DNA from: Hormiphora californensis
Taxonomy: Eukaryota; Animalia; Ctenophora
Direction: 5' to 3'
DNA: 64,000 nt
Assembly: GCA_020137815.1 (NCBI GenBank)
Contig: CM035361.1
Location: 3,844,001 to 3,908,000 of the forward strand
How positions within the stretch are numbered: the first letter of the stretch is position 1; the number at the start of each line of letters is the position of its first letter. The position numbers and the translations under genes are program-made. The notes beneath the pieces were generated by a model. It did not search any database and was not told the DNA's origin. It was given only the letters and a program-made list of their open reading frames with translations. Of the stretch, positions 51,001 to 63,911 are shown one piece after another.

Positions 51001-54000
51001 ACTGTTTTCCCCACTGTACTCACTGGTGTTCATTGTCTGTTTCCACTCTCTCCCCATCCACATATATCTCTATATCATCATTACAGGTTATAATCAGTTT
51101 GTATCCGTCTGCACCCACTCCTAAAACAGTAACACTTTAATAATGCATAGTATGATGTGTTTTTATTTCAACTTGTGCTAAGAACAGTAGAACACAGTGA
51201 TTTAGTGATTAGGATTAGATGCAATGGCAAATAAAGTCGGACCCTGATTTAGTGGCATCCTCGGGGGAAAAAAATCCTGCCACTAAATCGGGGTACCACT
51301 AAATCGGGGTCCGACTGTAGTAACAGTAACATGACGGACAACGGACAACAGAGGGGTTAGGTTAGGAGGGGTGGGTTAATGGGAGAAAACAGTCGAACTG
51401 GACCTCAGATATTGGTTACAACTTGTTGAGTATTACTCAACAAGTTACGGCTATCTAGTATTCTTGGCCATGAAAATTTTCCTGAAATCTTAGGGAATAG
51501 CCGTCACTGAGATCTCAGGTTTCAGTGGTAAATAAATAGCCGTGACCTGGATATGAGATTGAGGCGCACCACCCCCAATGGAGCAAATATTGTGATGATT
51601 CACAATATTTAGCACAATAAACTTACCAGATAGTAGGACAATAACTGATACTAGAAAGATAATCTTCTCCATGCCAGACCAAGCAAGGCTGTAACTCTAA
51701 CACCGATCACTTTTCAACAATCTGTAACTATCTCAGATCACAACTCATTATAATAATACCGTGTGGGGCAAAAAAAGTCCCCCAAGTCTACCATAGTTCT
51801 AGATATCGTGGAGTGCTAAAATTTGGTACAGTTACTCTACGAGATAAATAAATAACTTGCAGGGATTTATAAAGACTCGCTATAGATAATTCGCCACTTT
51901 ATTAAATATGCGAATTACAGACAAATAGCCCCATTCTATAAAGCACTCTAAGGCGCCGTTATGAATTGATGAAATTTCAATAATTCATAACGGCGCCTTC
52001 GAGTATTTAATAAAGTAGCGAGTTATATATAACGAGTCTTTCTTTTTCAAATCTCTTCTTCGCCCATTCTTCGCCTATTGGGTGGTTATCGCGAAATATA
52101 ATATTATGAATACAATGCTTTTTTCTTATGCGCGGTAAACAATTGAAATTTTGGGGAGCATCAAAAAGAAAAGACAAAGAATGAGCAAAGAAGACACTTG
52201 AAAAAGAAAATGAAAGAGATCAGAGAATTTTCAAAATCGCACGGTATAGGTATCGAATAACACAATCTCTACTGCAGTACGTAATTCCTGCTTGTTTTCA
52301 CACATTGTCACCTCGTATTACCCTCCACCCCACCCCTGCACCCACCCCTCCACCACACTCCTCCACCCCACCCCTCCACCCACCCCTCCACCCCACCCCT
52401 CCACACCACCCCTCCACCCAACCCCTCCACCACACCACTCCACCCCACCCCTCAACCCAACCCCTCCACTCCACAACTCCACCCCACCCCTCCACCCAAC
52501 CCCTCCACCCCACCCCTCCACCCCACCCTCCACCCACCCCTCCACCCCACCCCTTTTCTAATTTTCTTATTGTTTTCAGTGGATAAACCTGGCTCAGAAC
52601 AAGCTAGAAAGTGTGGAACATATTGAGGTTCTCATGCACCTACAGGAGGTCTATATAGGTAAGAATTGGCTTCAGATGAGCTGTATAAGGAGAATGGGTA
52701 ATTGTGAGTGTAATATGATGGTTATCGGCTGAACACTTTCGACTTCTTTGAAGCGTTTGAAAAACTGAAAAAGCGCTTTTTTAAAGCGCTTTTTAAAACT
52801 TTTTTTTTCTAAGAAAGTGTAATATGATGGTTATGGTTTGAACAATTTCGAAAGTCTTTCTTCATCATTCTACATCAAGTCATGTGCTATAAAGCATGCA
52901 GTCAGATTTAGCTGGGATGATAATTGAGATGTTGATATTGTTTTTTGCAGGTCGAGTTTTTGAGCATGGGACGGTTCACGGCAACAGAATTGGAAAGCTT
53001 CCAACCGAAGTATTTCAGCTCCCATTCCTCAAGGTATAAAATTGAAAAACGTACCAGGAATTAAACTTTGGTGTTGCCGAGTGAAACAGTTGTACGAACG
53101 CTAATTGGTCGGCAATTATTCGACTGTGAATATCTACAATTCTGATTTCTGATTATCTGAGCACCGATTTTAATCATTTGAGCTATTTTATTCATCAGAT
53201 TTTAGACGTTAGTGGCTGTATGCTAAAGGAACTACCAGGAACAATTAAAAACTTGGGAAACATTGAAGTTATCTCTGCAGCTAGGAATAAGTAATTGTAA
53301 CTTCCCCTAGCCATTAAAGAAACCATCTCTCCTGCTCTCTCTCTCTCTCTCTCTCTCTCTCTTAGTTAAAGTAACAATCTCTCCTGCTCCATAGGATTAC
53401 AGAGATCCCGGTAGAGATCGAACAACTAGGAACTCTCAAAACACTAAACCTGGACGGCAACCTACTAACGGAACTCCCTGATTTCTTGTCTCGTTGTCAC
53501 TCACTCCGCAAGCTTTCCGTAAAGAACAATAGAATTGGAGTGATTGGTGATGAAGTACCGATGATGGAGGGGTTAGAGGTGAGTTTTATATGTTAAATAT
53601 GGCCATACAATATCTAATTGAACAATTGAATTATTTATGTAATTATGAGCAATTTCGATCTGGTATTTTAGCCGAAAACTTCCGATTCCTGAGTTTATTA
53701 GTAATTTCCCATTCTTCTCCCATCCTTCCTGGGTTTATTGTTTAGCAACTGATTTCTTCTCCAATCCTAGATATTAAACGTCCATGGCAATGTGTTGATC
53801 AGTTTGCCAGAAACGATTGGAGAATTCATGAACCTGTCCATTCTAATTGCTAGCGATAACAAGCTCAGAGGTATGAGACATAAATGCCCCCCACACACAT
53901 GTAGTAGTGTGATATTGATGAAGAACAGTCAGACCCCGATTTATTTGCTACCCCCACCGGCCACCCCCACCCTCTTGCTCGACCCTCTTTCTCTCCACGC

Positions 54001-57000
54001 CCCGGAGTTTAAAGAAAACAACTCTACCCCAATAGTATGATATGATTACAATGAAAAACATCTCCCTGCTCAGGACTTCCAGCAACGTTTGAGGGACTCA
54101 CCAGCCTTCAAGTTCTCGGATTAGAAAAGAACATGTTCAAATTCCTCCCAGTTTGTATTCCCAAGTTGGACAACCTGAAGATGTTGAGTTTTAACTTCAA
54201 TGAGATCAGTGAGGTCTCAGAAGATGTTGGTATGTATTTATACATAACTATTTTATCTCAATGTTATACATATCGTACACATTTTCTATGTTGTGTCATA
54301 ATACCGCGTGGGCCAATAAAAAGGGAGGGTCTTAAATCTTAGATTTCTCGGGCAGCTTAATTCCAATGGTTCTGAAATTTTGACACAATGTTGTTGAGCT
54401 TATGCCAGATATGTGTACAGAGTTTCAAGTCCAAAAATGCAGAAATTCATTAATGAACCTAAATTCCTTTTTTTATAGTTAATTGGAGGTTTTCCCTTGT
54501 TCCAAGTCGATTTGGATCGCAAAATTGCGGCCACTCAATAGTATTAACATTTTTCAATGGCAATCTGAAATTTCATTGAAAATGAATAAAGTTTAGTGGG
54601 TGAAATTAATGAACTAAAAATGATCATTTTTTCAAAAAACATATTTTCGCTGAAAATGAGGAATTTCCACTGTAGAGATGAAATCAAAACCTAAAGTCCG
54701 TTTCAAGCGACTTGACCCGTAATTTTTGGAATTTGGCGCATTGCGCGTGTATTTACAAAGGGGAAATCCTGAATTTCCAGGAATCTCAGGTCAAGTCGTT
54801 TGAAACGCACTTTAGCTGGGTTATGCTTTAATCATTAAAGTTCATTCTGGTATGAAAAACTGTTAAATTTAAAAAAATTATTTTTTTTTAAATTTTAAAT
54901 TTTTCATTAACCCATTAGTGCCCAGATATCGAAATTTTTGAAGAATTTTTCCAATTTTTTGGGAATAGTACCCTAGCAGCACCAATATGGTAAGTTGAAA
55001 AGCAGAAGTCTCTATCTTATCGGGAAGTGCTTAAAACAACCTGTTGCGAAAACGCATCACTGGCACGTCCCATTTTCGCAACACTTTTCAAAGTCATTTT
55101 ACAGCTAAAATTCTAATGCAATCATTTTAAAATTTCACTTAACAGACTTCAATCTATTATGAAAATAGTTTGTGAGATCTAGTTTTTGTCTCCGGGCAAG
55201 TTTAAATTTCGTTGCGTTTTCGCAACAACATTCGGAGCCTGTTTACAGCTAAAAATTCAATAATTTTTTTCCAACTAAGTTATTAATGGCATTCTAGCAA
55301 TAGTGGAAATAGTTTGTGATAGTCAGATTTAAGCTTGGGGCAGCTTAGATATTCGTTGCGTTTTCGCAACACCTCATTCAACAGCAAATCTGGCCATCTC
55401 GTACAGTGTTTTTGATTTCTATACTACTGAGCAGCACCGTAAAGGTCTTACTACGGTATCTATGGGGAATTTGAAGGAAATCAGAAAGGTTGCGTTTCCG
55501 CAACATGCAAAAATGTCAGCAAATAGTGCCACCCTCACACCAATATAATTTCATTATGAAATAACAGAGAAATTATCACTAAACTTGATTTGAACAGACA
55601 TTGGGTGAATCATATCGATGTTGGAAGGTGGGAGATCATGTTGGATTAGAAAAGAAGGTTAAATATTTGTAAATTTGACCGAAAATTTATGAAAATATAG
55701 TGTTTGTGGGGGTATAGCCACTTTCAAGCCCAGTGGGCATGTCCTTAGCCATTCTGTGTCTCCCATAATTATTATGTATACTCACTGGGGCATCCTGAGC
55801 ACTCTCTAAGTCGTCCCTGGCGCTCCCTGAGTCTTCCCGATGACACCCTGAGTCATTCCTTGAGCTGTCCAAGGCGTTTCCTGAGTCTTCTTGGATGCCT
55901 TTGGGTCATCAGGCGTCCTCTGAGTTGTCCCAGGTGCTTCCCATATACTCCTGAGAGCTCGCTGAGCCGCTCTAGATACTCCCTGAAACGTACTGGGACC
56001 TTCAAGGTGCTCCCTGAGTCGCCCAAGGCGCTTTTAGAGACCTCTCAAATGCTCTTTTATGCGTCCTGGATGCCCCTTAAGTCGTCCTGAGACCTCCCAG
56101 GTACTCCCTGAGTCGTCCAGTGTACTCGGTGAGTCCTCCCACGCTCCCCTGGGTTGTTTCAGGCGCTCTCTGAGTTGTTGCTGGTGCTCTCTGAGTCGTC
56201 CCAGACGATCACTGGGACCTCCTGGGTGCTCCATCTGCTGTTTTGGATGCTCCTTGATTCGTCTTGGGACATCCCAGGTGCTCCCTGAGTCCTCCACTTT
56301 GCTCGAGGAGTCCTCCCACGCTCCCCTGGGCTGTTTCAGGCGTTCCCTAAGTTGTTGCTGGTGCTCCCTGAGTTGTCCCAGACGATCACTGGGACCTCCT
56401 GGGTGCTCCCTTTACCGTTTTGGATGCTGATTTTGTCGTTCTGGGACATCTCAGGTGCTCCCTGAGTCGTCCACTCTGTTTGAGGAGTCCTCCCATGCTC
56501 CCCTGGGTTGTTTCAGGCGTTCCCTAAGTTGTTGCTGGTGCTCCCTGAGTTGTCCCAGACGTTCACTGGGACCTCCTGGGTGCTCCCTTTGCCGTTCTGG
56601 GTGCTCCCTAAGTCGTGCCGGGTGCCTCTAGCTCGTCCCAGATGTCCCATGAGGTTATAGGTTAGAGATATCAAACACTAGAATCGTCAATAACAAGATA
56701 AAAATGGCCCAGAGTCATTTATAGTACTAAATTGTTTACTTTATAGATGTTGCGAAAACGCAACGATTGGAAACGGTTCATATACCCACTTTCAACCAAC
56801 CAAAGTTGTAAAATCTAATGTTTATAAGCATACTGATGTATAATTTCGCTAAATAACCCACTTAATGACTCAGAAACCGGCAGAAACAGCCAAAAAGTGT
56901 GTTGCGAAAACGCAACGATAATTTTTTTGAGTTGATTTTTTGCTTTAATCGATTAAGAAAAATATAAAAAGGCACCAAAAATAGTTCTATAATTTTTATT

Positions 57001-60000
57001 CATTTTAAATTGCCCCTTAACATGCTTTTAAATCCTCCAATATATGCCCCGTGCCAGTGTAGCGTTTCCGCAACCCACTTGTTTGAGGCTCTACAGGGCC
57101 AACAGGAAATCCGTTTGAGATCTAGTTTTTTTACAGAAACATCTCTGAACATTTCTCTAACTGATCAGCTATGTGTCATATCGGTAACTAGTCAAGATAT
57201 ATTACATAAATGCACATTTATGTGCATTAGTCCGAATGCCAGAAATTAGTACTTTTTAATTGATAATTACGGAAATTAGGGTCAATTTAGAAAACTTTTT
57301 AATGGCTAAAATTTTAGTTCGAACGATTCTCTAGTGATGTGTGGTGGTTACAGCATTTCAAATGCTCATATCTAGCCGCAATACGCCTCCAAACCTGGGT
57401 TGCGAAAACGCGTCACAGGTCACTAATGGGTTAATAACTGCATAAATTAACATTTAACCGATAGTTGAGACATTAGTAAATCGAAACCTTGCTAATGGAA
57501 GCTTACCAATGCCTATACTGATTGGTAACAACAAGCGTCATGTGACCTCCATGTAAGCAAGAAAAAACGTAATCAGGATGTAACATGTTAAAAAATCATG
57601 TTAGCAAGATTGCATGCAATATGTCTCGAATTTCCTTTGTTGTACCCAGTATCACATATCCGGCGTGGAGTGCAAAAGAGGTCCCTAAAAAACGAAAAAA
57701 ACCGAATAGAGAAAACCTACATTGGCTTAAAATCATGAATTTAGGTTCATTAATGAATTTTTGCATTTTTGGACTTGAAACTATGTACACATATCTGGCA
57801 TAAGCTCATGAACATTGTGTCAAAATTTCAGAACGATTGGAATTAAGGTGCCGGAGAAATCTATGATTTAAGACCCTCCCTTTTTATTGGCCCACGCGGT
57901 ACTTAATTATTACATATATGTAGTAGACAAATGGAAGGAAGAAAGAAGGGAGGAGAGAGAAATGGAGAGAGATTACACAAGTGGTTTATATAAAAAGAGT
58001 AGAAAGTTTTTTTTTCTTTTTTTTCGAAAGAAAAGGAGAGAAATACTGTTGTATTTATTAATTGTTTTTCACGTTGCGCCCTGCATAAATGTAAAGGAGG
58101 GTTATATTATTATTATATTAGAACAGTAAGGGGGCAGAAAGAAAATGAGATCAGAACTATATTTTCACCACAGGTCAACTAAAGAAGCTTGACCGACTGT
58201 GGCTGGAAGGAAACAAGATTAGTATTTTCCCGGAAACCCTGGCACTTGCTCCAGAACTGGATGATCTGAAGATCGGTGGAAACGAGTAGGTTATTTAAAA
58301 TGGGAGACATGAAACATACATCAATCCCTTCCCTGTTTTGAGTTTATAATTTACCGGGTCTGTGAGAGCAACTTTATTTACAACCTGTACCCTATGAGAG
58401 CGATTGGATATATTTACCATTAATCTGTCATGGCTATATAGTGTTTCTAACCCTCAGACAGTTTCACAGGGCTACCAGATTGCATCGGACAATTATACGG
58501 GATGAGGGATCTGAATATTTGCAATCTAAAACTCATTCGCCTTCCGGACACGTTTGAGTGGTTGTATAATCTCCAAAGTCTTGATGTCTCTCATAACAAT
58601 CTATCGGTATAAAGGAAAATCCTTGCGTGGCTCAAGACAATCCGTGTACTTTTATCATGGGGGCTCGAAAGGAGAGTCCGAATAGTTGGTGACATAGACA
58701 CCTGGCGCGACCGAGGGGTCGCGCCAGGTGTCTATGTCATCAATCCGAATAGATTGTCCAGGTCACGCGCATGTGCCTTCTACGTGATGAATGTACGATT
58801 TCACGTAATGTGCAAATAGATCTTTCGGGCGATCTAATCGGGCTCTCCTTTCAAACCCCTGTTATCCGCTGTCTAATCTTCATTGTATCATAATATCATA
58901 TCAACCCATCAAAACTTTTCATTCTCAGTTGTTCCCACAAGAGATTTTCCAGCTCAAAGCTCTCAATGAGTTACACTACGCCGGGAATGCCCTAAAGGAA
59001 GTTCCTGGAGAAATCGGCGTGCTGGAAAACCTTCATGTGAGTACCACGTGATACCTGCAGCTGCTTCTAACTATTAGAACTAATGTAGCTAAATAATTAA
59101 ATTTATGGGATTTTCCTCAAGGTTTATTGCTAGGAATAACAGCTGTTACAGCTGTTATAAATATTGTCTGTACACTGTTTTGGTGGAACTTACTGCAGGA
59201 CTCAGCTGCAGTAATTTCCACCAAAAAAGGAAGGATTTTAGTGAGAAATATTTTTCGTATTATGTAACCAACAACTACTTCTATCCCCTACTTCATTTAT
59301 CTTAAACTGCCCTGATAACCATACTTAACCAGTTCCTGCAATCTTCTCTCAGCCACTTCCCGACTATACTTTCTCTCAATCTCTCAAACACTCGACTTTA
59401 TCCTCACTGATCTCTTCAGTATGCCCCTATAATCCCCTCAATACCTCCTTCCCCTCTCTACCTCTGTCCTACCTCTCTCTACATCTCTCTACCTCTAGCT
59501 CTGTCCCCCTCTCAACCATGTCCCATCTATCTCTTCGTATAGATATATTGAACCCACCTCCCTCCCCTCTCAACCATATCTCTTCGTATATAATAGGTGT
59601 TGAATCTAACTAGGTACTCTCCCCTCTCAACCATGCCCTATCTATCTCTAGGTGTTGAATCTAAAAGGAAACCAGCTCAGAGAGATGCCAGAGAGTTTAT
59701 CGCAGTTGAAACTGTTGAGTATCTTGGACCTGACAGGCAACCAATTTAGAGAGGTGACATATTCAGTATAATTACCACCTTTATATCTTGGTAACATAGA
59801 CACCTGTCGCGCCAGGTGTCTATGTTACCAACTTTATATCCTTAATTTATATCATCATGTTAATTGGGATGGGACTGTTGGAGGGGAGAGCTGCCCTCTC
59901 ATTCCGCGAAGAGGGGATTGTTGGTAGAACTTTCCTAATTCATACAACCATGTGCAACTTCCTTGTCCATATTCACCCTAGATGCAAGTTTCGCTCCAAT

Positions 60001-62058
60001 TCATTTTCGATAGCTGTAATTCAATTTCAACATTCACTACAGCTGCAGACCGGGGCGGGGTGGGGGTCTTATCTTATGTGTGGCCGGTGGAATTCCGAAA
60101 AGGAAAATGCAGTGAATTTATCGGTACAATAATAATCCATACAGACATACAGACATACAGGCATACAGACATACAGTCATACAGTCATACAGGCATACAG
60201 ACATACCGACATACAGACATACAGACATACAGACATACAGACATACAGACATACAGACATACAGACATACAGACATACAGACATACAGACATACAGACAT
60301 AAAGTCGGATTTTTTGAAACTGTCACCCCCTTTTCGCGCGTGGCGTCGTATTTGCGCATGACAGCCCCCACTTCCTCTCACTTTTCGGCAAAAAACCGCA
60401 TATCACCAGAAAGAGCATATTTTTGTGAGTCCGTAAAACTTTGGTTTGACGAAATTGGTCAAGAAACAAAGGCGTGAGAGCCAAAACAAGATTCCGACAC
60501 GCAAATAAAAACTCGCGCGCCACCCAGGGGGGGGGGGGGGTGACAGTTTCAAAAAATCCGACTTTACAGACATACAAACATACAGACATACAGACATACA
60601 GACATACAGACATACAGACATACAGACATACAGACATACCGAAATATAACAGACGTGACCGACACACAGACATGTCTAGACATATAACAGACATACAAAC
60701 ACAGCTGTGTACGTCAAACTAAAAGGAAAACTTTGAGCAGGCACAAAATCACCGTGGTTTACAAATCACAGCTACCATCCATCACTTTATTCAATCCATA
60801 TGATTATATCATGTTTACTGGAGTGGTAGATCTCATAACCACTGACGTGTTTCGCTTCTAAAATTATAATTTCAGATACCCCTCTCTGTGTGCGCTACCA
60901 TTTCCCTCAAATACCTGGACTTCTCCAACTGTCACATCTCATCTCTCCCTGTGGAGTTGGGGAGATTACGGAACCTTAGGAGTCTTATACTCGATAATAA
61001 TACCTTCGACAAACTTCCTGAGACTATCTACGGGTTGCAGGAACTCACGGTGAGACAGATTTTCGGGCAATGAAAGCTGTAGCTTTTCTTAAGAGCCCAA
61101 GATTTTAAAAATTGGTTGAGAAATGGCCAGGTTATGGGGTCAAACGTCTCAAAATTGTGCCAAAAAGTTGTTTTTTGACTGATAAGGCCGCTGTTTCAAC
61201 CATAAAATAACAAATTTCAAACTTTTTATTTTTAAACCACACTGCACATAATTTCACATGCACCATTGTTTTCAGGAGTTGAGGTTCGCTGATAACGGGG
61301 TATCTGCTTTACCGGCGGAGATTGTCCGACTTGGCAAGATAAGTGTGATTGATGCTTCTAAAAATCCAATGGAGGATCCCGGTCATACTATAATTTGTAA
61401 GTTAATCTCTAATTAATCATACCATTGGGGGAAAACAGTCTTGCCTGAATCTCAGGATCAAGTCACGGCTATTTAGTATTTATACCTGAGACCTCTGGGC
61501 TATTCCCTGAAATTTTGAAATTCGGGCAATAGCGGTCACTGAACCAGCTGAGATCCTGAGATTCAGGCACGACTGTTTTCCCCCAATATATGTGAGTTGG
61601 TATCACTTAAATTGTGTATACAGATTAAAAGTTAGTTTTATTTGTAAGACAATCCTATTTAATATCCTTCGGAATCAGCTACAATGTAATCCGTTGTTCT
61701 ATATTTCAGCGGGAGGAATGGGCCCTATTAAAGAGTACCCCCGTCCCCACCGTCCCCATCGCCCCCACCGCCCCCACCGCCCCCACCGCCCCCACCGCCC
61801 CCACCGCCCCCACCCCTATAGTTAACCCACCCCCTATTTCAGCGGGAGGAATGGGCCCTATTAAAGAGTACCCCCCCCCCCACCGCCTCCACCGCCCCCA
61901 CCGCTCCCACCGCCCCACCCCCTATAGTTAACCCGCCCCCTATTTCAGCGGGAGGAATGGGTCCAATCAAAGAATATTTTCAAAGGAAACTGTTCAGCTC
62001 CAGACAAGGTCCGCCCGCCTTTCACGTAGACGTTCGTGCCATACGGGCTGCTATCTAA
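33077..62058 (+). CDS. Intracellular leucine-rich-repeat protein (SHOC2/LRRC40-like repeats) with an N-terminal MGSGAS myristoylation-type motif
   Basis: Sixteen phase-checked exons: 33077-33217, 33405-33531, 33961-34082, 52580-52658, 52951-53033, 53199-53290, 53395-53578, 53771-53870, 54074-54229, 58174-58285, 58462-58606, 58929-59036, 59652-59753, 60876-61049, 61276-61396, 61949-62058. Repeated LxxLxLxxNxLxxLP and a C-cap NPMEDP...GGMGPIKEYF. Confidence 0.88.
34572..35021. mobile_element. MITE with ~130-bp TIRs, inserted into a dispersed repeat
   Basis: CTAGATCCAAAAACCAAAC...GTTTGGTTTTTGGATCTAG. The host repeat 34099-34570 recurs at 36949-37420. Confidence 0.7.
36628..51672 (-). CDS. LDLa-repeat rhodopsin-like GPCR (GRL101/RXFP-like, no LRRs), nested antisense in LRR-gene intron 3; frameshifted as assembled (possible pseudogene)
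   Basis: Exons 51672-51627 (signal), 51120-51024, 50886-50784, 50516-50336, 49375-49217, 48891-46027, 45902-45779, then terminal exon 38178-37895 or 36923-36628. LDLa motifs (CNLVDDCGDGSDE, CDGVADCFDRSDEC). 7TM motifs (LISFGDTLNGVYLLIV, WLTSRKCNLLG, GTDMLCWLP, LPINSIINPLLY). Frameshifts near 47700, 47510 and 47310, plus a 59-bp insertion at ~46330. Confidence 0.85.
37442..37845. repeat. Two adjacent minisatellites (23-bp x5 and 16-bp x~15)
   Basis: CGGGTAGTCTCTTGAGTCAAGAA and TAGTAGAGATACTGCT arrays. Both are single-copy in the paralogous 3' flank at ~36430-36490. Confidence 0.9.
39152..42098 (-). CDS. LINE ORF2: AP-endonuclease + reverse transcriptase, with a 1-bp frameshift at ~40730
   Basis: EN motifs GTLNVHS, IQETYL, GGGIGIL, VYRPP, MGDFN, TLDLV, SDH. 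RT motifs NYRPVSNLP, LDMSAAFDTVDH, GVPQGSLLGP, YADD. L2/CR1-type C-terminus SRLDYCN...LWNALP. One extra G in ATGTCGGGATAAA splits the ORF. Confidence 0.95.
42037..43941 (-). CDS. LINE ORF1 (gag-like, three zinc knuckles), interrupted by a Transib-type MITE
   Basis: Removing 42554-43058 plus one TSD fuses ORF 43036-43941 to 42037-42510 in frame (YESGQAVSVIHVNTAGRYAVLKV). Knuckles CFHCQRYGH, CAFCAGDH, CVNC...H...C. Confidence 0.88.
42554..43058. mobile_element. Transib-type non-autonomous DNA element (505 bp)
   Basis: TIR CACTATGTGGTCA...TGACCACATAGTG and a 5-bp GC-rich TSD CAGCC (42549-42553, 43059-43063). CACWATG ends with a 5-bp TSD are Transib hallmarks. Confidence 0.85.
44050..44092 (-). 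other. Retrocopied ctenophore-type spliced-leader exon (AGTTTCAAACTTTTCAACACTACTTTAAACAAATTAATTTGAG)
   Basis: Matches, from memory, the Pleurobrachia SL exon ending ...ACAAATTAATTTGAG. It sits exactly at the LINE 5' boundary, and its first 4 nt overlap the TSD. No Sm-site-like SL RNA intron is evident downstream. Confidence 0.8.
46332..46383. mobile_element. 52-bp mini-MITE inside a GPCR coding exon
   Basis: TTTGGG...CCCAAA termini with TSD GCTTTAC (46325-46331, 46384-46390). Removal restores the frame GRSSKAQHLDTIEGYYG. Confidence 0.8.
49470..49990 (+). mobile_element. 5'-truncated LINE 3' fragment (C-terminal CCHC finger)
   Basis: Translation IDPNCTPCKVKENSEHVLMFCPDL matches the Cx2C..H...C C-terminal motif of I/R1/L1-type ORF2. 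Confidence 0.55.
54304..57899. mobile_element. TA-flanked Tc1/mariner-like non-autonomous element with ~170-bp TIRs
   Basis: TA|CCGCGTGGGCCAATAAAAAGGGAGGG...CCCTCCCTTTTTATTGGCCCACGCGG|TA. Confidence 0.82.
54911..57430. mobile_element. piggyBac-type element nested in the mariner-like element
   Basis: TTAA|CCCATTAGTG...CACTAATGGG|TTAA; subterminal GTTGCGAAAACGC repeats; GC-rich degenerate tandem core at ~55790-56650. Confidence 0.78.
60140..60640. repeat. (ACAGACAT)n microsatellite split by a TA-flanked MITE (~60301-60565)
   Basis: AAAGTCGGATTTTTTGAAACTGTCACCCC inverted termini between two 8-bp arrays. A related TIR occurs at ~3975-4170. Confidence 0.8.
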
Positions 62059-63861
62059 TATTGCATGTGCCATTTACCCCGCCCCCTTCAAATACAAGCT
62101 GCCATCTACCCCTTCTAAACCCATTCTAACACACATGGGCAATATAAAAATTGAAGCTTGTGGAGCCACCTAAACACTTTTACCAAGTTTTGATATAGAG
62201 TTGGTATGAAATGTGTGTATTGTACAGTATATTGTCGAGAAATAGAGTCCTTACCAATATATTGCCAACGAGTATAAAAGTAAAGTGGATACTAAAAGCT
62301 GCTCTCGTTAATATAATACCACCCTGTCAGAGCATATTGGCCTGACAGATACCCAGGCACCAACTGCAGTGGTCATTTCAAGAGTTTTATTATAAAGAAG
62401 TTGAGTGCAATTAAAACAAGTCTTTCAACTGTGAAAATTGTGAAATAACATTTTGTAGAGAATTGAAACAAAGCGTTTTTAATATCACTAGGTTAAATAC
62501 CTCTCACTATCAGACATTTCTCGGCCTGACAGACCTCACACGAAGCTGATCTGAACACCGCCCTTTACAAAGTCCTGAATAGCGCCCCTTGACAAGTGAT
62601 CAAGCACATGTTTAACTCATGTCACCAGCTGCGGGTGTTTATGCGTTCAATATCTTTCTTCCTTGTCATATTAAACACATCTTCCAAATGTGATTTGTTT
62701 TAAAACAGGCACTCTCCTTTATTTCTAGTCCTTTATTTCTTGTCCTTTATTTCTTGTCTTTCGTCTTGAAGGGAAATCTTGTTGTGTGATGTGCTTGGGA
62801 TACACTCATTTCTAAATCGCCCTGAAAATAAATAAAAATAAAAATTACACTGTCCTCCATTTCTCCTCATTAATCTCGAATGATTAATTGATCAATTAGC
62901 CAATTAACATATTGCCAAATAATCAAATATTTACCTGTTCCTTTACAACAAAGTGTTCCAGATTTAGACGGTTTATCTTCTTAGCCAGGGACACAGTCTC
63001 GATACCAGTGTAGTCTGTAGATACAATATTCACAGTCCTGTCACTGCAATAGAGTTGCTATTAATAACCTGGATTCACTTTGGAACAGGGTTCAGTTACG
63101 GCTGATATTTCAGATACATTTTCAGGGAATAGCCAAGAATAACACTAAAATATCTACTCAGGTAAATAGCCATTAGCTGTGACTTTCGAACCTGAGGTTC
63201 AGGCCCAACTGTTTCCCCCAATAGTAACCTGAATCACTTTGAAAACTACGCACAAAACAGATTGTCGCGACAATCTGTTATGTCGTTATATTGTTTTCTC
63301 CGAAAGCCTAGTTCCTGAAAACCTTTGTTTTTTGCAAAGGGTTTATAAATCTTGAGCTTGAACTGCGTTCTCTAAAGTAAGAAGAGGGAAATTACTAGCT
63401 TTTATAGTTTAAGTCATGTCGTTAAAATGATGTATTTCTCAGTCTCGTACTAATTCTCTCCCACTGGGAGGGAAGTATGAAGCACTGCAATGACTCCCAG
63501 TCCCGATTGTAACACGTCTCGCCGTATAAAGTACTTAAACATCCTTCTACTTCAAGTCTCGAGCGATTTCATTCGTCCTCAGAATCATTTATAGGAGTTA
63601 AACTGTTAAATGTTTAATTGGAGCCTCACGTTTCTAAAAAAATGCTTCTTTTAAACTTTCAACTATAAGTTCGCAAATCTGCGAATCGGAATTATAACAC
63701 CGTAGAATAATGTTAATGGAAATACACACAGTCTTAATATCCTATTGTATTGTTCATATTCTCATTTTATTTAGGTGATTCAGTATATGTTGTCCTTGGA
63801 CGACGGAAAGTATATGTAATCGTTCCCTTATTCGATGCTATGTTGCCATGCGTTCTTTCTT

Positions 63862-63911
<50 letters not shown>

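Noticed and set aside
55687-56430. Several overlapping 60-120 aa ORFs
   Set aside because: They arise from a GC-rich degenerate tandem repeat inside a piggyBac-type element; no transposase motifs.
33077-62058. Idea that the host LRR protein supplies the missing LRR ectodomain of the nested LGR-like receptor
   Set aside because: The LRR protein lacks a signal peptide and begins MGSGAS (cytosolic/myristoylated type), and the genes are on opposite strands.
62560-63600. Possible 3' exons of a convergent minus-strand gene
   Set aside because: A plausible GT-AG pair exists (62935/62821) but no recognisable protein or consistent upstream frame.
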